A DNA stretch of 64,000 nt. Source: Escherichia phage FEC19. This document shows, piece by piece, positions 55,622 to 64,000 of this stretch. Under the pieces are notes generated by a model. It was not told the origin of the DNA and ran no database searches. It saw nothing but the letters and a program-made list of their open reading frames with translations. The number at the start of each line of letters is the position of its first letter. Position 1 is the first letter of the stretch. The stretch lies in the sequence record MH816966; one strand, given 5' to 3'. A program made the translations under genes and the position numbers.

Positions 55622-56473
55622 TCAAATGATTGGTATTTTTCTGCACTTGCAGTGTATTGCCCATCCAGGAGGACCGATGTCACCCTTTTTGAACTTCAAT
55701 TCGCCGCCAACTTCCCATAGGCGCTTGTCATCAAGTTTAAATCTCATTCCGTCGACGTGTTCATGAGAGATTCGCGGCTCCTTTCCTGCTCCTGAGTGCG
55801 CCCATTCAAATTCTTCAACTCCATTCTGGCGCATTCTTTCATCGCTCAGAACGCAATACAATTTGCTTGTCTGGTCTTTGGCGATTAAGTCGACTCTCTT
55901 TGCAGAGAAGTGTTTTACGTTTCGCAGCGCCGCCTGAATGCCTGACGTGCCTTGCTGGGCTGGGTCGGGCGAAGTCAGTGAAAGCATAACTGCTTCGTAC
56001 ACTCTGTTGTGAATATCCTCGCCAACCTTGGTCACTAGAGTCGTGTTGAACGTCTCGCTTGTTCTAAGAGTGTTCTCAACGAATTTGTTATATGTGGCCT
56101 TTGGCGCTTCTATGCCTGCGGACTTAAGGCTGGCGAATGTAGCAGAAGTGGCACCCTTTTCGACCGACTTGATAAAATCAGCGGCAATCTTCGACCCAAC
56201 ACGCGCAAACGCCTTTGCCCATTTCAGCTGCAGACGTTTCATAAGAGTTTGGAATGTTGAATCAGCAGAGTCTTGCGCAAAGAACTTCTGCACCTGCTTC
56301 TTTTCAAGCCATTCTGAAATGCCTGCCTGATAGTCATCAATCATCGCATAGCAAAGACCTTTCATCTCACGACGGTAGGCCATCGCAATAGCGTTTGATG
56401 GGATTATCGGACTGCCGCGCCCGATTCTATCGGGTGAGCGGCGTTCACGTTTTTTCGAAGCTTTAAAAGCCAT
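55622..56473 (-). CDS. head morphogenesis protein, MuF/SPP1 gp7-like
   Basis: C-terminal EEFEWAHSGAGKEPRISHEHVDG motif; start trimmed to MAFKAS. Confidence 0.7.
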   Translation of the reverse strand: MAFKASKKRERRSPDRIGRGSPIIPSNAIAMAYRREMKGLCYAMIDDYQAGISEWLEKKQVQKFFAQDSADSTFQTLMKRLQLKWAKAFARVGSKIAADFIKSVEKGATSATFASLKSAGIEAPKATYNKFVENTLRTSETFNTTLVTKVGEDIHNRVYEAVMLSLTSPDPAQQGTSGIQAALRNVKHFSAKRVDLIAKDQTSKLYCVLSDERMRQNGVEEFEWAHSGAGKEPRISHEHVDGMRFKLDDKRLWEVGGELKFKKGDIGPPGWAIHCKCRKIPII

Positions 56474-56474
56474 A

Positions 56475-58850
56475 TCAACCTTGCTTCGGTGAATTAGTAG
56501 GATTATTGAGTGCTCCGTATGCTTGAGAGCAATCACCCTTCAACCACTCTTTGAATGAGTTCACATCTAATTCGTGGATTGAGTCGAATCCGTTCCAACC
56601 GTTACCAAATGATGCCTGATAAGCTTCTTTTGCTTCTTCTGCTGAATCGAATCCAAGCATGCACTTGTGTTCATCGAACTCGCCAGAGTAGTTATCGTTT
56701 TGGTTCACGATAAAGACCTTCGGCGACTTCAGATTTGTGCCAACAAAGCAGTCGACTTCATCGCCGTCCGCGCCCTTGGTGCCTTTGATGAATCCGTAGT
56801 GGTGCGGCATCTTGACTGCCCATTCACCGTCAAGGCTGTTTCCTCTACGGATGCTGTTGCGAGGATTCTCAATCCCAAGAATCAGCCCATGCAACTTCAT
56901 CTTAGGTAATGATGCTGCGTCCATCTTTCCAACGTTGTGTCGTAAGTTGACGACATTACCTTTGACGCTTGGAAGGGTAGACGGTTGCACCGACCGTGAA
57001 TCTTTTTGAGGGTCAAAATCCACATCCTGACCTTCTTTCAGGTAGTAATCCGCAATACCCTCCAGACCTTCTTTCAACTGCGTTAGGACATCAACCTGAT
57101 GGCTTGATTCATCGTCGGTATCGTCCATGTTGATTTCGACAGGCGCTCTGTCAGGGTTTTCCGCCAACTCACCGCGCGCGGCACCTTCTGGCATAATGCC
57201 TGTTTCACTGTAGAACTGGCCGCCCATCTTAACGACATCAGCTTTCGCCTGTTCAATATCGGCCTTACCTTGTAGGACTTCACCAGCAGACTTGCCAAGC
57301 AATGCCATATTCTCTGGAGACATCCCTGGTGTTTCTTCTGCCGCATCTTCCGGCAGACGGTTGTAGCCGCTGTTTTTGTCGTCTTTGATGCGGTCGCGCT
57401 CTTCATCAGGAGAAATGACGCCAGCATCAATAAGAGTTTTGCCAGTGTTGGCTCGCTTATCATTGATTTCTGCAAGTTGAGTAGCAGTAAGTGAGCCAAC
57501 TGGTTCCCATGCAACCTTAACATCGACATCCACCCCTTCTGATTTGAGAAGGATTTTGTAATGGCGGTCGAGAATTTTTGTCAGGTCATGCTGCTGGCAC
57601 GTTTCCAACTCTTCGTGATAGCTGACCATCTCGAATTCACCAGTGGCGTTAAAGCCTTTTGGCGAAGTCCCAAGCAGTTTGGTCGACGGAACTTTTGCGA
57701 TTGCGGCCACCAGCTGGTACTGGTTCATGATGATGCTGTCGAAGTCTGACAAGTTGATATCAAACTGGTCCATCTCTTCTTTTTGGCCAAGCACTTTGAC
57801 TGCATAGTTGTCGCGGTACTTGATCCACATCATCAGACGTTCTGCAAAAGACCGCTCATTGGCAATCGCCTTGTCAACGTCGGTCCGCAGCGTGGTTGTA
57901 CGCTTGGACATCGCCAGCAATGGCGCTTCGTTAGCGGTACGTTCAGCGGCATAGATGCGTTCATAAATCTGCTGAGTCAGAGGAATGCCGCCGTAAATAT
58001 AAGTTGGCTTGAGAATATCAGCTGGCTCATCATTGCGCAAGATGATGAGGTGACTTCGATGATAACGTTGTCCACTGATCACCCAGTATTCTGGATCATA
58101 GAAGTGCTGTGATGCAGGGTCGGCGGTGTTTTCAGACGTCAAAAATGGCATCATCCAATAAGGGTCGACCTGAATGATTCCCTTATAAGACCCCTTTGTC
58201 ACACCATCAATGTTAAAAGGCTTGCTGTAATATTCTGGGTCATCGCTACGCACATCAAATATGATGACGCGGATACCAAAAATATTTTTGAATCGTTCGG
58301 CTTCAACTAAGTGCTCTTTGATATTAAATTCTTTATCAATTTGCTTTAGGCGTTCGCTTGCCTGTACTGACAATTCTGACTCAGAACTGGATTTGACTTC
58401 CCATCCTTTACGGACCGCATCGCGGCCTACCATGGAACAAGCCTTGTTCACCAGCCAGTGCTGCGCGATGATGGCGCAAGCTTGATATCCGATAAATGAT
58501 TGCGATAAGTACCAGTTTTGCAACTGAATAGGTACTGTGTATGGGTTGACTTGCCCTTCTGAACTGATGTTCTTTAAGGCATTATCCATAACTTTTTTGG
58601 ATACTGTTGCGGAATCGACTGAGCGACCTTTTATGATTGCAACACCATCGCCATTAATATCAGGCTCATATAAAGGGAAGTCATCAACCGTTTTAAAGGT
58701 CGGTCGATTGCTTTCAGTCTTTTCCCAGCGTTGACCGCTGCCGCGCCTTTCAAGGCGTTCAAACGGTGCCAATGGGTCGCCTGGCGGCATCTCCGCTGGT
58801 TCGGCTTCTGGTTGCGTCTTCTCCCAGAGTTTTATGCCAAGAATTTTCAT
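56475..58850 (-). CDS. portal protein with C-terminal extension
   Basis: 792 aa between terminase and MuF; AGGTGG RBS before trimmed start MKILGIK. Confidence 0.65.
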   Translation of the reverse strand: MKILGIKLWEKTQPEAEPAEMPPGDPLAPFERLERRGSGQRWEKTESNRPTFKTVDDFPLYEPDINGDGVAIIKGRSVDSATVSKKVMDNALKNISSEGQVNPYTVPIQLQNWYLSQSFIGYQACAIIAQHWLVNKACSMVGRDAVRKGWEVKSSSESELSVQASERLKQIDKEFNIKEHLVEAERFKNIFGIRVIIFDVRSDDPEYYSKPFNIDGVTKGSYKGIIQVDPYWMMPFLTSENTADPASQHFYDPEYWVISGQRYHRSHLIILRNDEPADILKPTYIYGGIPLTQQIYERIYAAERTANEAPLLAMSKRTTTLRTDVDKAIANERSFAERLMMWIKYRDNYAVKVLGQKEEMDQFDINLSDFDSIIMNQYQLVAAIAKVPSTKLLGTSPKGFNATGEFEMVSYHEELETCQQHDLTKILDRHYKILLKSEGVDVDVKVAWEPVGSLTATQLAEINDKRANTGKTLIDAGVISPDEERDRIKDDKNSGYNRLPEDAAEETPGMSPENMALLGKSAGEVLQGKADIEQAKADVVKMGGQFYSETGIMPEGAARGELAENPDRAPVEINMDDTDDESSHQVDVLTQLKEGLEGIADYYLKEGQDVDFDPQKDSRSVQPSTLPSVKGNVVNLRHNVGKMDAASLPKMKLHGLILGIENPRNSIRRGNSLDGEWAVKMPHHYGFIKGTKGADGDEVDCFVGTNLKSPKVFIVNQNDNYSGEFDEHKCMLGFDSAEEAKEAYQASFGNGWNGFDSIHELDVNSFKEWLKGDCSQAYGALNNPTNSPKQG

Positions 58851-58956
58851 TGTTAACGCCACCTGACAGTGAAAGGGAATCAATCTATATTATAAATATT
58901 CATGTGTTTGTAAGCAAATGATATGTATGGTGATCATAAATAGTTCATAAAATATT

Positions 58957-58985
58957 TTGCTTTTGTATCATTTTGAGTTATATTT
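58957..58985 (+). promoter_or_regulatory. sigma70-like promoter (TTGCTT-17-TATATT) for opposite-strand cassette
   Basis: AT-rich gap; AAAGGAGA RBS before ATG 59013. Confidence 0.45.
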
Positions 58986-59012
58986 TAGTTAACCAAACGA
59001 AAGGAGATTGAA

Positions 59013-59429
59013 ATGAGCACAACAATTGTATTTGTCGTCCTACACAACGGCGAAGTCGTTAACGTATGCGAATATGAAGAACTGGCAAAGGCCACTGCTG
59101 CGCGATACGAAGGTGCTACTATTGACCCGTGGATTTTAGATGCGCGCAACGTCTTGCAGGCGACTTTGGATGAGTGGCTGTTGGGTCGCAAAGTCTATCC
59201 AGTAGACGACATCGACTCAATTCAAGGTGAAACAGTATATTTTGAAGATGAATGCGTTCGCGGCATCGGCAAATTTATGGGATTGTGCCCATCTTCATCC
59301 AAAAATAAATTTTATCGTATTCAAGTTGAAGAAAACGATATGTTTGACAAAGTTACGCGCTCGATTGTTCCTGACGGCGGCACTCCAATCTTTATGGCAG
59401 AATCAGACATCAAGGGGATCATCAAATGA
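59013..59429 (+). CDS. hypothetical protein in opposite-strand cassette
   Basis: 138-aa ORF with strong RBS. Confidence 0.5.
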   Translation: MSTTIVFVVLHNGEVVNVCEYEELAKATAARYEGATIDPWILDARNVLQATLDEWLLGRKVYPVDDIDSIQGETVYFEDECVRGIGKFMGLCPSSSKNKFYRIQVEENDMFDKVTRSIVPDGGTPIFMAESDIKGIIK

Positions 59430-59665
59430 GAACGTTAACCGAACTCGATGTTTTGAAAGACGTTGCAGCCGCGCTGGGCGTAGAATTATCCGAAAAGGCG
59501 ACACTAGGTGCTTTGCGTCGGGATTTACTCGAAGCTGTTGACCGCAACGATTTTGACCGTAAGTGTATGCAAAAGAAGATTCGGCAGGCGGTGAGAGCGG
59601 GTAAGCGATTCCGTGCCAGGTCGTTTGCCGCAAGAAAGCTTGACCTTCAGCACGGAATGCTTTGA
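59426..59665 (+). CDS. hypothetical basic protein in opposite-strand cassette
   Basis: 79-aa ORF; start overlaps upstream stop. Confidence 0.45.
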   Translation: MRTLTELDVLKDVAAALGVELSEKATLGALRRDLLEAVDRNDFDRKCMQKKIRQAVRAGKRFRARSFAARKLDLQHGML

Positions 59666-59668
59666 TTG

Positions 59669-61129
59669 TTAAAGGTTAGAGAAGAAGCCGGATGCTGCAA
59701 CGATTGGTTTCATCAATGCCATGATTGCTGCGTCCGCTTTGTTAGGTGATTTGACTCCACGCTTTGCCATATCCTTTTTGGATTCAACTTTGAACTTGCC
59801 AAGAACAGACGTATCTTTGCGCGGCGCTGACATCTCAAAAAGAAACGTCTCAATCTCTTCAGTAGTCCAAGCTGGAATCCCAAGTTCCGGTATACCATCG
59901 GTGTCGATTGAAATCAATTCATCAGTCGGATATACGGCTTGCCCAGTTGCATATTCGTATGTCTTTCTGAATCTCTCTGCAATTTCAGTCCACTTTTGCG
60001 CTTTTATGTTTGCGAAATGGTCTTTATTGAGTATTTCAACGTGTGGTAGCTCAAGAAAAACGTCATCAGGATCATCAACAGACCCTTGCGCGTTGAACGC
60101 ATTAAATTCGATTCTTGGAAATGATGGATTTTCATGTATTGCATACTCGTTTAGTTCATCAAACTTTGAACCAGCAAAAGCGCCGACACCGATGGCGTCA
60201 TAAGTTATGGAAGCGCCGAATGTAAGCGCATCTTTCCAAACTCCGCTTGCCGATTTCAACAATTCATCTTCCAGGCCTTCCCACGTCTTGATGCCGCGCA
60301 ATACGTTTCCTGTGACGAATGCAGTGGCGTTAAGGTCGTCGCCATCGTCCGCTACGTCAAAGCCTATACGGTTAGACCCTGACAAACTCCAGCCCAGCGT
60401 TGGGTGCTTGTGGAGATTAAGCGCGGCCTTAACGAATGCGCGGTTGATTACAGATTTGTCGCCGCCAGTCTTCGGCACGCCGCCATAAACGTGCTCTGCC
60501 TTTTTCGGGTCACGCTCGTACATGCCTGCAATAACGTCCAACATTGTTTGCGACAAGAATGGATTATCTTGCCAGTTTATCTTTTTAACAATTGCATTCT
60601 TCGGCGGTCGCATAACAAAGTTTTGATATACGAAATCGGCCTCTTCATCAGGGTTAAAGATGATCCATATTTCGGACCCTTCTTTACGTATTGTCGGCTC
60701 AATAATGTCCCACTGTTCTTCAGTAAGCGCGTGCGCTTCTTCCAGCCAAAGAACATCAACGCCTTCTGTTGATTTGATTTCATCAACGTTACGTGCGATA
60801 CCATAAAATAGAAATTCAGATTTAGTTCTTTTGTGTTCGATAGAGTTCTTTAATAAATTGAACTCATCTTTAAAATCAGAAATCTCTATTTTGTCTTTTA
60901 ATAGTGTATATACAGATTCAGAAATCTTGTTCTGGAATTGTCGAACGCAAAGGAATTTTAATTTGAAGTTTGCCGCCAAATAAATAGCAAAACCAGCGGC
61001 ATCGTGCGATTTGGAAGATGCACGACCGCCGTATATTACTTTGTATCGCGCTTTTGTCTTCCAGACTTCTTTTAAAGCAGGATTCAACTGGTACATGAAT
61101 TTCCAATTATGTGTTAATATTTTATTCAT
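59669..61129 (-). CDS. terL: terminase large subunit
   Basis: Walker A YKVIYGGRASSKS; acidic nuclease-like C-terminal half. Confidence 0.85.
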   Translation of the reverse strand: MNKILTHNWKFMYQLNPALKEVWKTKARYKVIYGGRASSKSHDAAGFAIYLAANFKLKFLCVRQFQNKISESVYTLLKDKIEISDFKDEFNLLKNSIEHKRTKSEFLFYGIARNVDEIKSTEGVDVLWLEEAHALTEEQWDIIEPTIRKEGSEIWIIFNPDEEADFVYQNFVMRPPKNAIVKKINWQDNPFLSQTMLDVIAGMYERDPKKAEHVYGGVPKTGGDKSVINRAFVKAALNLHKHPTLGWSLSGSNRIGFDVADDGDDLNATAFVTGNVLRGIKTWEGLEDELLKSASGVWKDALTFGASITYDAIGVGAFAGSKFDELNEYAIHENPSFPRIEFNAFNAQGSVDDPDDVFLELPHVEILNKDHFANIKAQKWTEIAERFRKTYEYATGQAVYPTDELISIDTDGIPELGIPAWTTEEIETFLFEMSAPRKDTSVLGKFKVESKKDMAKRGVKSPNKADAAIMALMKPIVAASGFFSNL

Positions 61130-61205
61130 ATTATAGTTTGCTTGTACAAGCTATATCAAGTAAAATTATGATTCCAGCTTAGTAGTGGATAAAGGGTGAT
61201 CTTTC

Positions 61206-61232
61206 GGCCAGATTTTTTCTGGCCATTTTTTT
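61206..61232 (+). terminator. stem-loop with T-run (ggccagattttttctggcc attttttt)
   Basis: Inverted repeat read directly; orientation uncertain. Confidence 0.35.
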
Positions 61233-61252
61233 GATTAAAATTCACAAAAAGT

Positions 61253-61280
61253 TTGCCTTTCTGAAACTCTGCGTTATAAT
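61253..61280 (+). promoter_or_regulatory. sigma70-like promoter (TTGCCT-16-TATAAT) for right-end plus-strand genes
   Basis: Consensus -10 and near-consensus -35. Confidence 0.55.
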
Positions 61281-61306
61281 CATATTAACTCAAAACCGGA
61301 GGTAAT

Positions 61307-61522
61307 ATGAAACTCATCGACCGTGCCATCAAAGCCATAGATAACCATTCCACAGCTATTGCATTTGTAATGGGATTCTGTTTTACTGCTGCGTTTGGCG
61401 ACGTTCACACATTCAAGTCTGTCATCTTGTGCTGGTCTATCTGGTCCCTCATTTCTCTGGTTTTGATTCTTCCGATGACGTGGCTTATCCTTACTTGTCT
61501 GGAATCTCAAGGTGAAGACTGA
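61307..61522 (+). CDS. small membrane protein (two hydrophobic segments), holin candidate
   Basis: 71 aa with two hydrophobic stretches. Confidence 0.4.
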   Translation: MKLIDRAIKAIDNHSTAIAFVMGFCFTAAFGDVHTFKSVILCWSIWSLISLVLILPMTWLILTCLESQGED

Positions 61523-61743
61523 TGAGACTATCAATCAAAGAGCGGGCAAAACGTCCCAAAAGGAGTGAGCCAAAAGCGAAATATACATGCGTAGGCGGTC
61601 CATTCGACGGTCAAGCGATGTGGCTTTCAAAATCTAATCCATCGACGGTTGAGTTTAGCCTTCATGGAATGCGCGGCAGATACCTGCTAAACAGAGAAAC
61701 AATCGGCAGCACATTTGTGGAGTGGAAAGAAAATGGCAAGTGA
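61522..61743 (+). CDS. hypothetical basic protein
   Basis: 73-aa ORF. Confidence 0.4.
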   Translation: MRLSIKERAKRPKRSEPKAKYTCVGGPFDGQAMWLSKSNPSTVEFSLHGMRGRYLLNRETIGSTFVEWKENGK

Positions 61744-61966
61744 ATTAACTTTAAAAGTACCAAAAGAAGTGCTAGATAAGGCATATGCAGATTCTGTAAA
61801 AGAATTGGCCGTGGTGCTTGGGATTGAAAATGAATTTAACGTTCAATTGCAATTCCTTAAGGACACGCTTCAAATTAAAGAGAATAGAGAGGCTGGAAGC
61901 GGTGCGCCTTTAGCTCTGGCAATCCTCTATACAGGTCTGATTTTGCAATCTGGAGACGAACTGTGA
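61733..61966 (+). CDS. hypothetical protein (start uncertain)
   Basis: ORF 61715..61966, internal ATG preferred. Confidence 0.3.
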   Translation: MASELTLKVPKEVLDKAYADSVKELAVVLGIENEFNVQLQFLKDTLQIKENREAGSGAPLALAILYTGLILQSGDEL

Positions 61967-62162
61967 ATCGTTGGTGCAGTTGGAAGTTGAAACGTCTTGC
62001 CTGGGCCAATGCCGCCAATTCTGCTGGCCCAATCACCGCTGGCGTTGGGTCGGTATGGGATGGCGAAGGCCGTTGGGACTCGCTGTGTGGTACGCGCCTA
62101 TTCTTTCGCGTAAAATAATTATCACCCTTCCCACTTCGGGAAGGGAATTTAAAGAGGTTATC

Positions 62163-62504
62163 ATGAACAACACTTTATCACAACTGCTAATCTGGACTAT
62201 CGCCGCTATCATCGGCACCGTCATTATGATGTCAAGCGCAAAGGCGCAAACTGATATTTGCGGCAGACTTATTTCTGAGAATGGCGAGATTTATTATGGC
62301 AACTCAAAAGGCGATTATATATCACCTGAAGTTTGCGCTCAGAAGAAGGCGGAAATGCAAAAGCAGTATCATGAAGATCAATCCATATCTCAGGCCGCGC
62401 TGATTGAATTAAGTATATCAGCCATCATCTTTCTGATCGTTTTTATGCTCATTATTAAACCAAATAATGACAGCAACCGTCATATTCCTCTCAAAAGAAA
62501 TTAA
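62163..62504 (+). CDS. membrane protein with N-terminal signal/TM and C-terminal TM
   Basis: AAAGAGG RBS 5 nt before ATG; hydrophobic segments at both ends. Confidence 0.4.
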   Translation: MNNTLSQLLIWTIAAIIGTVIMMSSAKAQTDICGRLISENGEIYYGNSKGDYISPEVCAQKKAEMQKQYHEDQSISQAALIELSISAIIFLIVFMLIIKPNNDSNRHIPLKRN

Positions 62505-62542
62505 GGCTATAATACGGTTGTCGACAAAACGAGGACCGTAAA

Positions 62543-64000
62543 ATGCCAAGGCTAATATTCAAAAACAACTTTGAGGTCGCGCTTGCTCAGCCAACGACGA
62601 CTTCAGACACCACAATTACAATCCGCTCAGGGTCGGGCTTTCCGACCTTGGCCGCAAACGAGCGTGTAGTGGCGACAATCGTCGACGCTGCAACAGGCCT
62701 CCAATTCGAAATCATCACAGTAACAGCCGTCGTTGGTGATGTCCTGACCGTTCAGCGTGCACAGGAAGGGACTGCAGCGCGTGCATGGGCGGCTGGCGAC
62801 ATGCTTTCCATTCGAACAACTGCTGCGACTTTGACGGGTACTGTCCGAAACTTTGGCGTAATTCCTAATGGAGTAAACCTTAACGCGCTGAACGGAAGCT
62901 GGTTCGGGCAGTATTACCAACTGGCTGATTCTGGGGCATCAATATCACTCAACTATCCTGTCGCACAAGCGGGAATACTTGAAGTTTTACAAACGGGAGT
63001 TTCAACGAACGGATGTGTTCAGCGATACACACCTTACAACACTAACACTGTATACCAGAGGCTGTATAATGCCATCACATCAACTTGGTCTGATTGGGTT
63101 CAAGTTTATAATACGCAAAGCGTTATACCAGTCGCAAATGGCGGTACAGGACAAACGACCATCCAAGGGATGAAGTCTGCTTTTGGATTCGGAACGGTCG
63201 CTGATCAAAACATTGTTCCCACTTCAATGGGCGGTACGGGATCAGCAGACAATGCGCAGGCATGGCTTAACATTCGTCCACAAGGGTCGACTCCGCTGGC
63301 TGGCGACCCTGTGAATGATTATGATGCCGCAACTAAGCGTTGGGTTGAGAACTTAGTAAATACTGGCACCGTTGGCCCAAGCATGAACGGTGTTATGAAC
63401 TATGGCGTCGGTGACTTCCACTTACGCGACAGTCGTGCTTATATTCAACCATATGAAGTCGTTGCTGATGGGCAGTTGTTAAACCGCGCTGACTGGCCTG
63501 AACTTTGGGCGTATGCGCAAATGCTTTCTCCTATTGCTGATGCCGACTGGCTTGCTGACCCAGCGAAACGCGGCAAGTATTCACTTGGTAATGGCACAAC
63601 GACATTCCGTGTACCAGACAGAAATGGTGTCCAGACCGGTTCCATACAAGCCTTATTTGGCAGGGGTGACGGCGGTAATTCATCGGCCAACGGAGTCGTT
63701 TCTGAGTCAGGTGCACCAAATATAACTTACTCCGCGCCGCACACAATGGTCACGTTGGCTTCTGCGCCAAGTCAGGTGGCGACTAATGGCGCTTTTCAGT
63801 CGATCACTTCTGGGGACTCTCCAGCAGCAGCAGGTTCTGGTTCAAGATTCATACAAACAAACTTTGACGCTTCTCGATCAAGCCCTGTATACGGAAGATC
63901 AGCAGCGGAAATCGTTCCGCGTAACTTTGTTGGCGTTTGGGTGATTCGTGCATCGGGTGGCTTTGTTGCCGCGAATACGACTTGGAGCGTTATTAATGGT
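62543..64000 (+). CDS. tail fiber protein with tail-collar-like domain, 3'-truncated at window edge
   Basis: Own translation: VANGGTGQTT, PTSMGGTGSADNAQAWLNIRP, DYDAATKRWVEN, LLNRADWPELWAYA...GNGTTFRVPDRNG. Confidence 0.65.
   Translation, partial: MPRLIFKNNFEVALAQPTTTSDTTITIRSGSGFPTLAANERVVATIVDAATGLQFEIITVTAVVGDVLTVQRAQEGTAARAWAAGDMLSIRTTAATLTGTVRNFGVIPNGVNLNALNGSWFGQYYQLADSGASISLNYPVAQAGILEVLQTGVSTNGCVQRYTPYNTNTVYQRLYNAITSTWSDWVQVYNTQSVIPVANGGTGQTTIQGMKSAFGFGTVADQNIVPTSMGGTGSADNAQAWLNIRPQGSTPLAGDPVNDYDAATKRWVENLVNTGTVGPSMNGVMNYGVGDFHLRDSRAYIQPYEVVADGQLLNRADWPELWAYAQMLSPIADADWLADPAKRGKYSLGNGTTTFRVPDRNGVQTGSIQALFGRGDGGNSSANGVVSESGAPNITYSAPHTMVTLASAPSQVATNGAFQSITSGDSPAAAGSGSRFIQTNFDASRSSPVYGRSAAEIVPRNFVGVWVIRASGGFVAANTTWSVING

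Noticed and set aside
1-64000. tRNA genes, integrase, CI-like repressor
   Set aside because: No T-loop-like GTTCGA/GTTCAA motifs in a cloverleaf context were seen in the non-coding gaps, and no ORF shows recombinase or HTH-repressor motifs. A proper tRNAscan or HMM search could still find something missed by eye.

Overview
The window reads as a large segment of a tailed dsDNA phage genome with no integrase or repressor recognised (apparently virulent), organised in three transcriptional blocks. (1) Positions ~1450-14700 are a minus-strand block of about 35 small early genes, mostly hypothetical, plus an AEP-type primase and a VirE/D5-like P-loop NTPase. (2) Positions ~14850-32550 are a plus-strand replication and nucleotide-metabolism block: SF1 helicase, a K/A/E-rich repetitive protein, an enzyme cluster (FAD-binding oxidoreductase, ThyX-like protein, HAD phosphatase, SDR, VOC-fold protein), DnaQ-like exonuclease, DnaE-like polymerase, VRR-NUC nuclease, SNF2 helicase, SSB-like protein, an embedded Rz/Rz1-like spanin pair, MazG-like pyrophosphohydrolase and ATP-dependent DNA ligase. 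(3) Positions ~32570-61130 are a minus-strand late block: GH19 endolysin, tail fibers, baseplate-like proteins, tape measure with a lytic transglycosylase motif, tube-like and sheath-like proteins, major capsid, protease/scaffold, MuF-like protein, portal and large terminase. A two-gene plus-strand cassette sits between portal and terminase, and the right end carries plus-strand membrane-protein genes and a partial collar-domain tail fiber. The most unusual signals are non-coding: two diverged copies of a ~300-bp element full of TACGGATGA 9-mers ~52 kb apart, a phased ATAGTGCAAAT 11-mer family at the left end, and a duplicated terminator-promoter cassette. The enzyme cluster around a divergent ThyX-like gene is the best candidate for an undescribed nucleotide or DNA-modification pathway. 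All calls rest on reading the supplied ORF translations and sequence by eye; no searches were run, and no tRNA or CRISPR array was seen.
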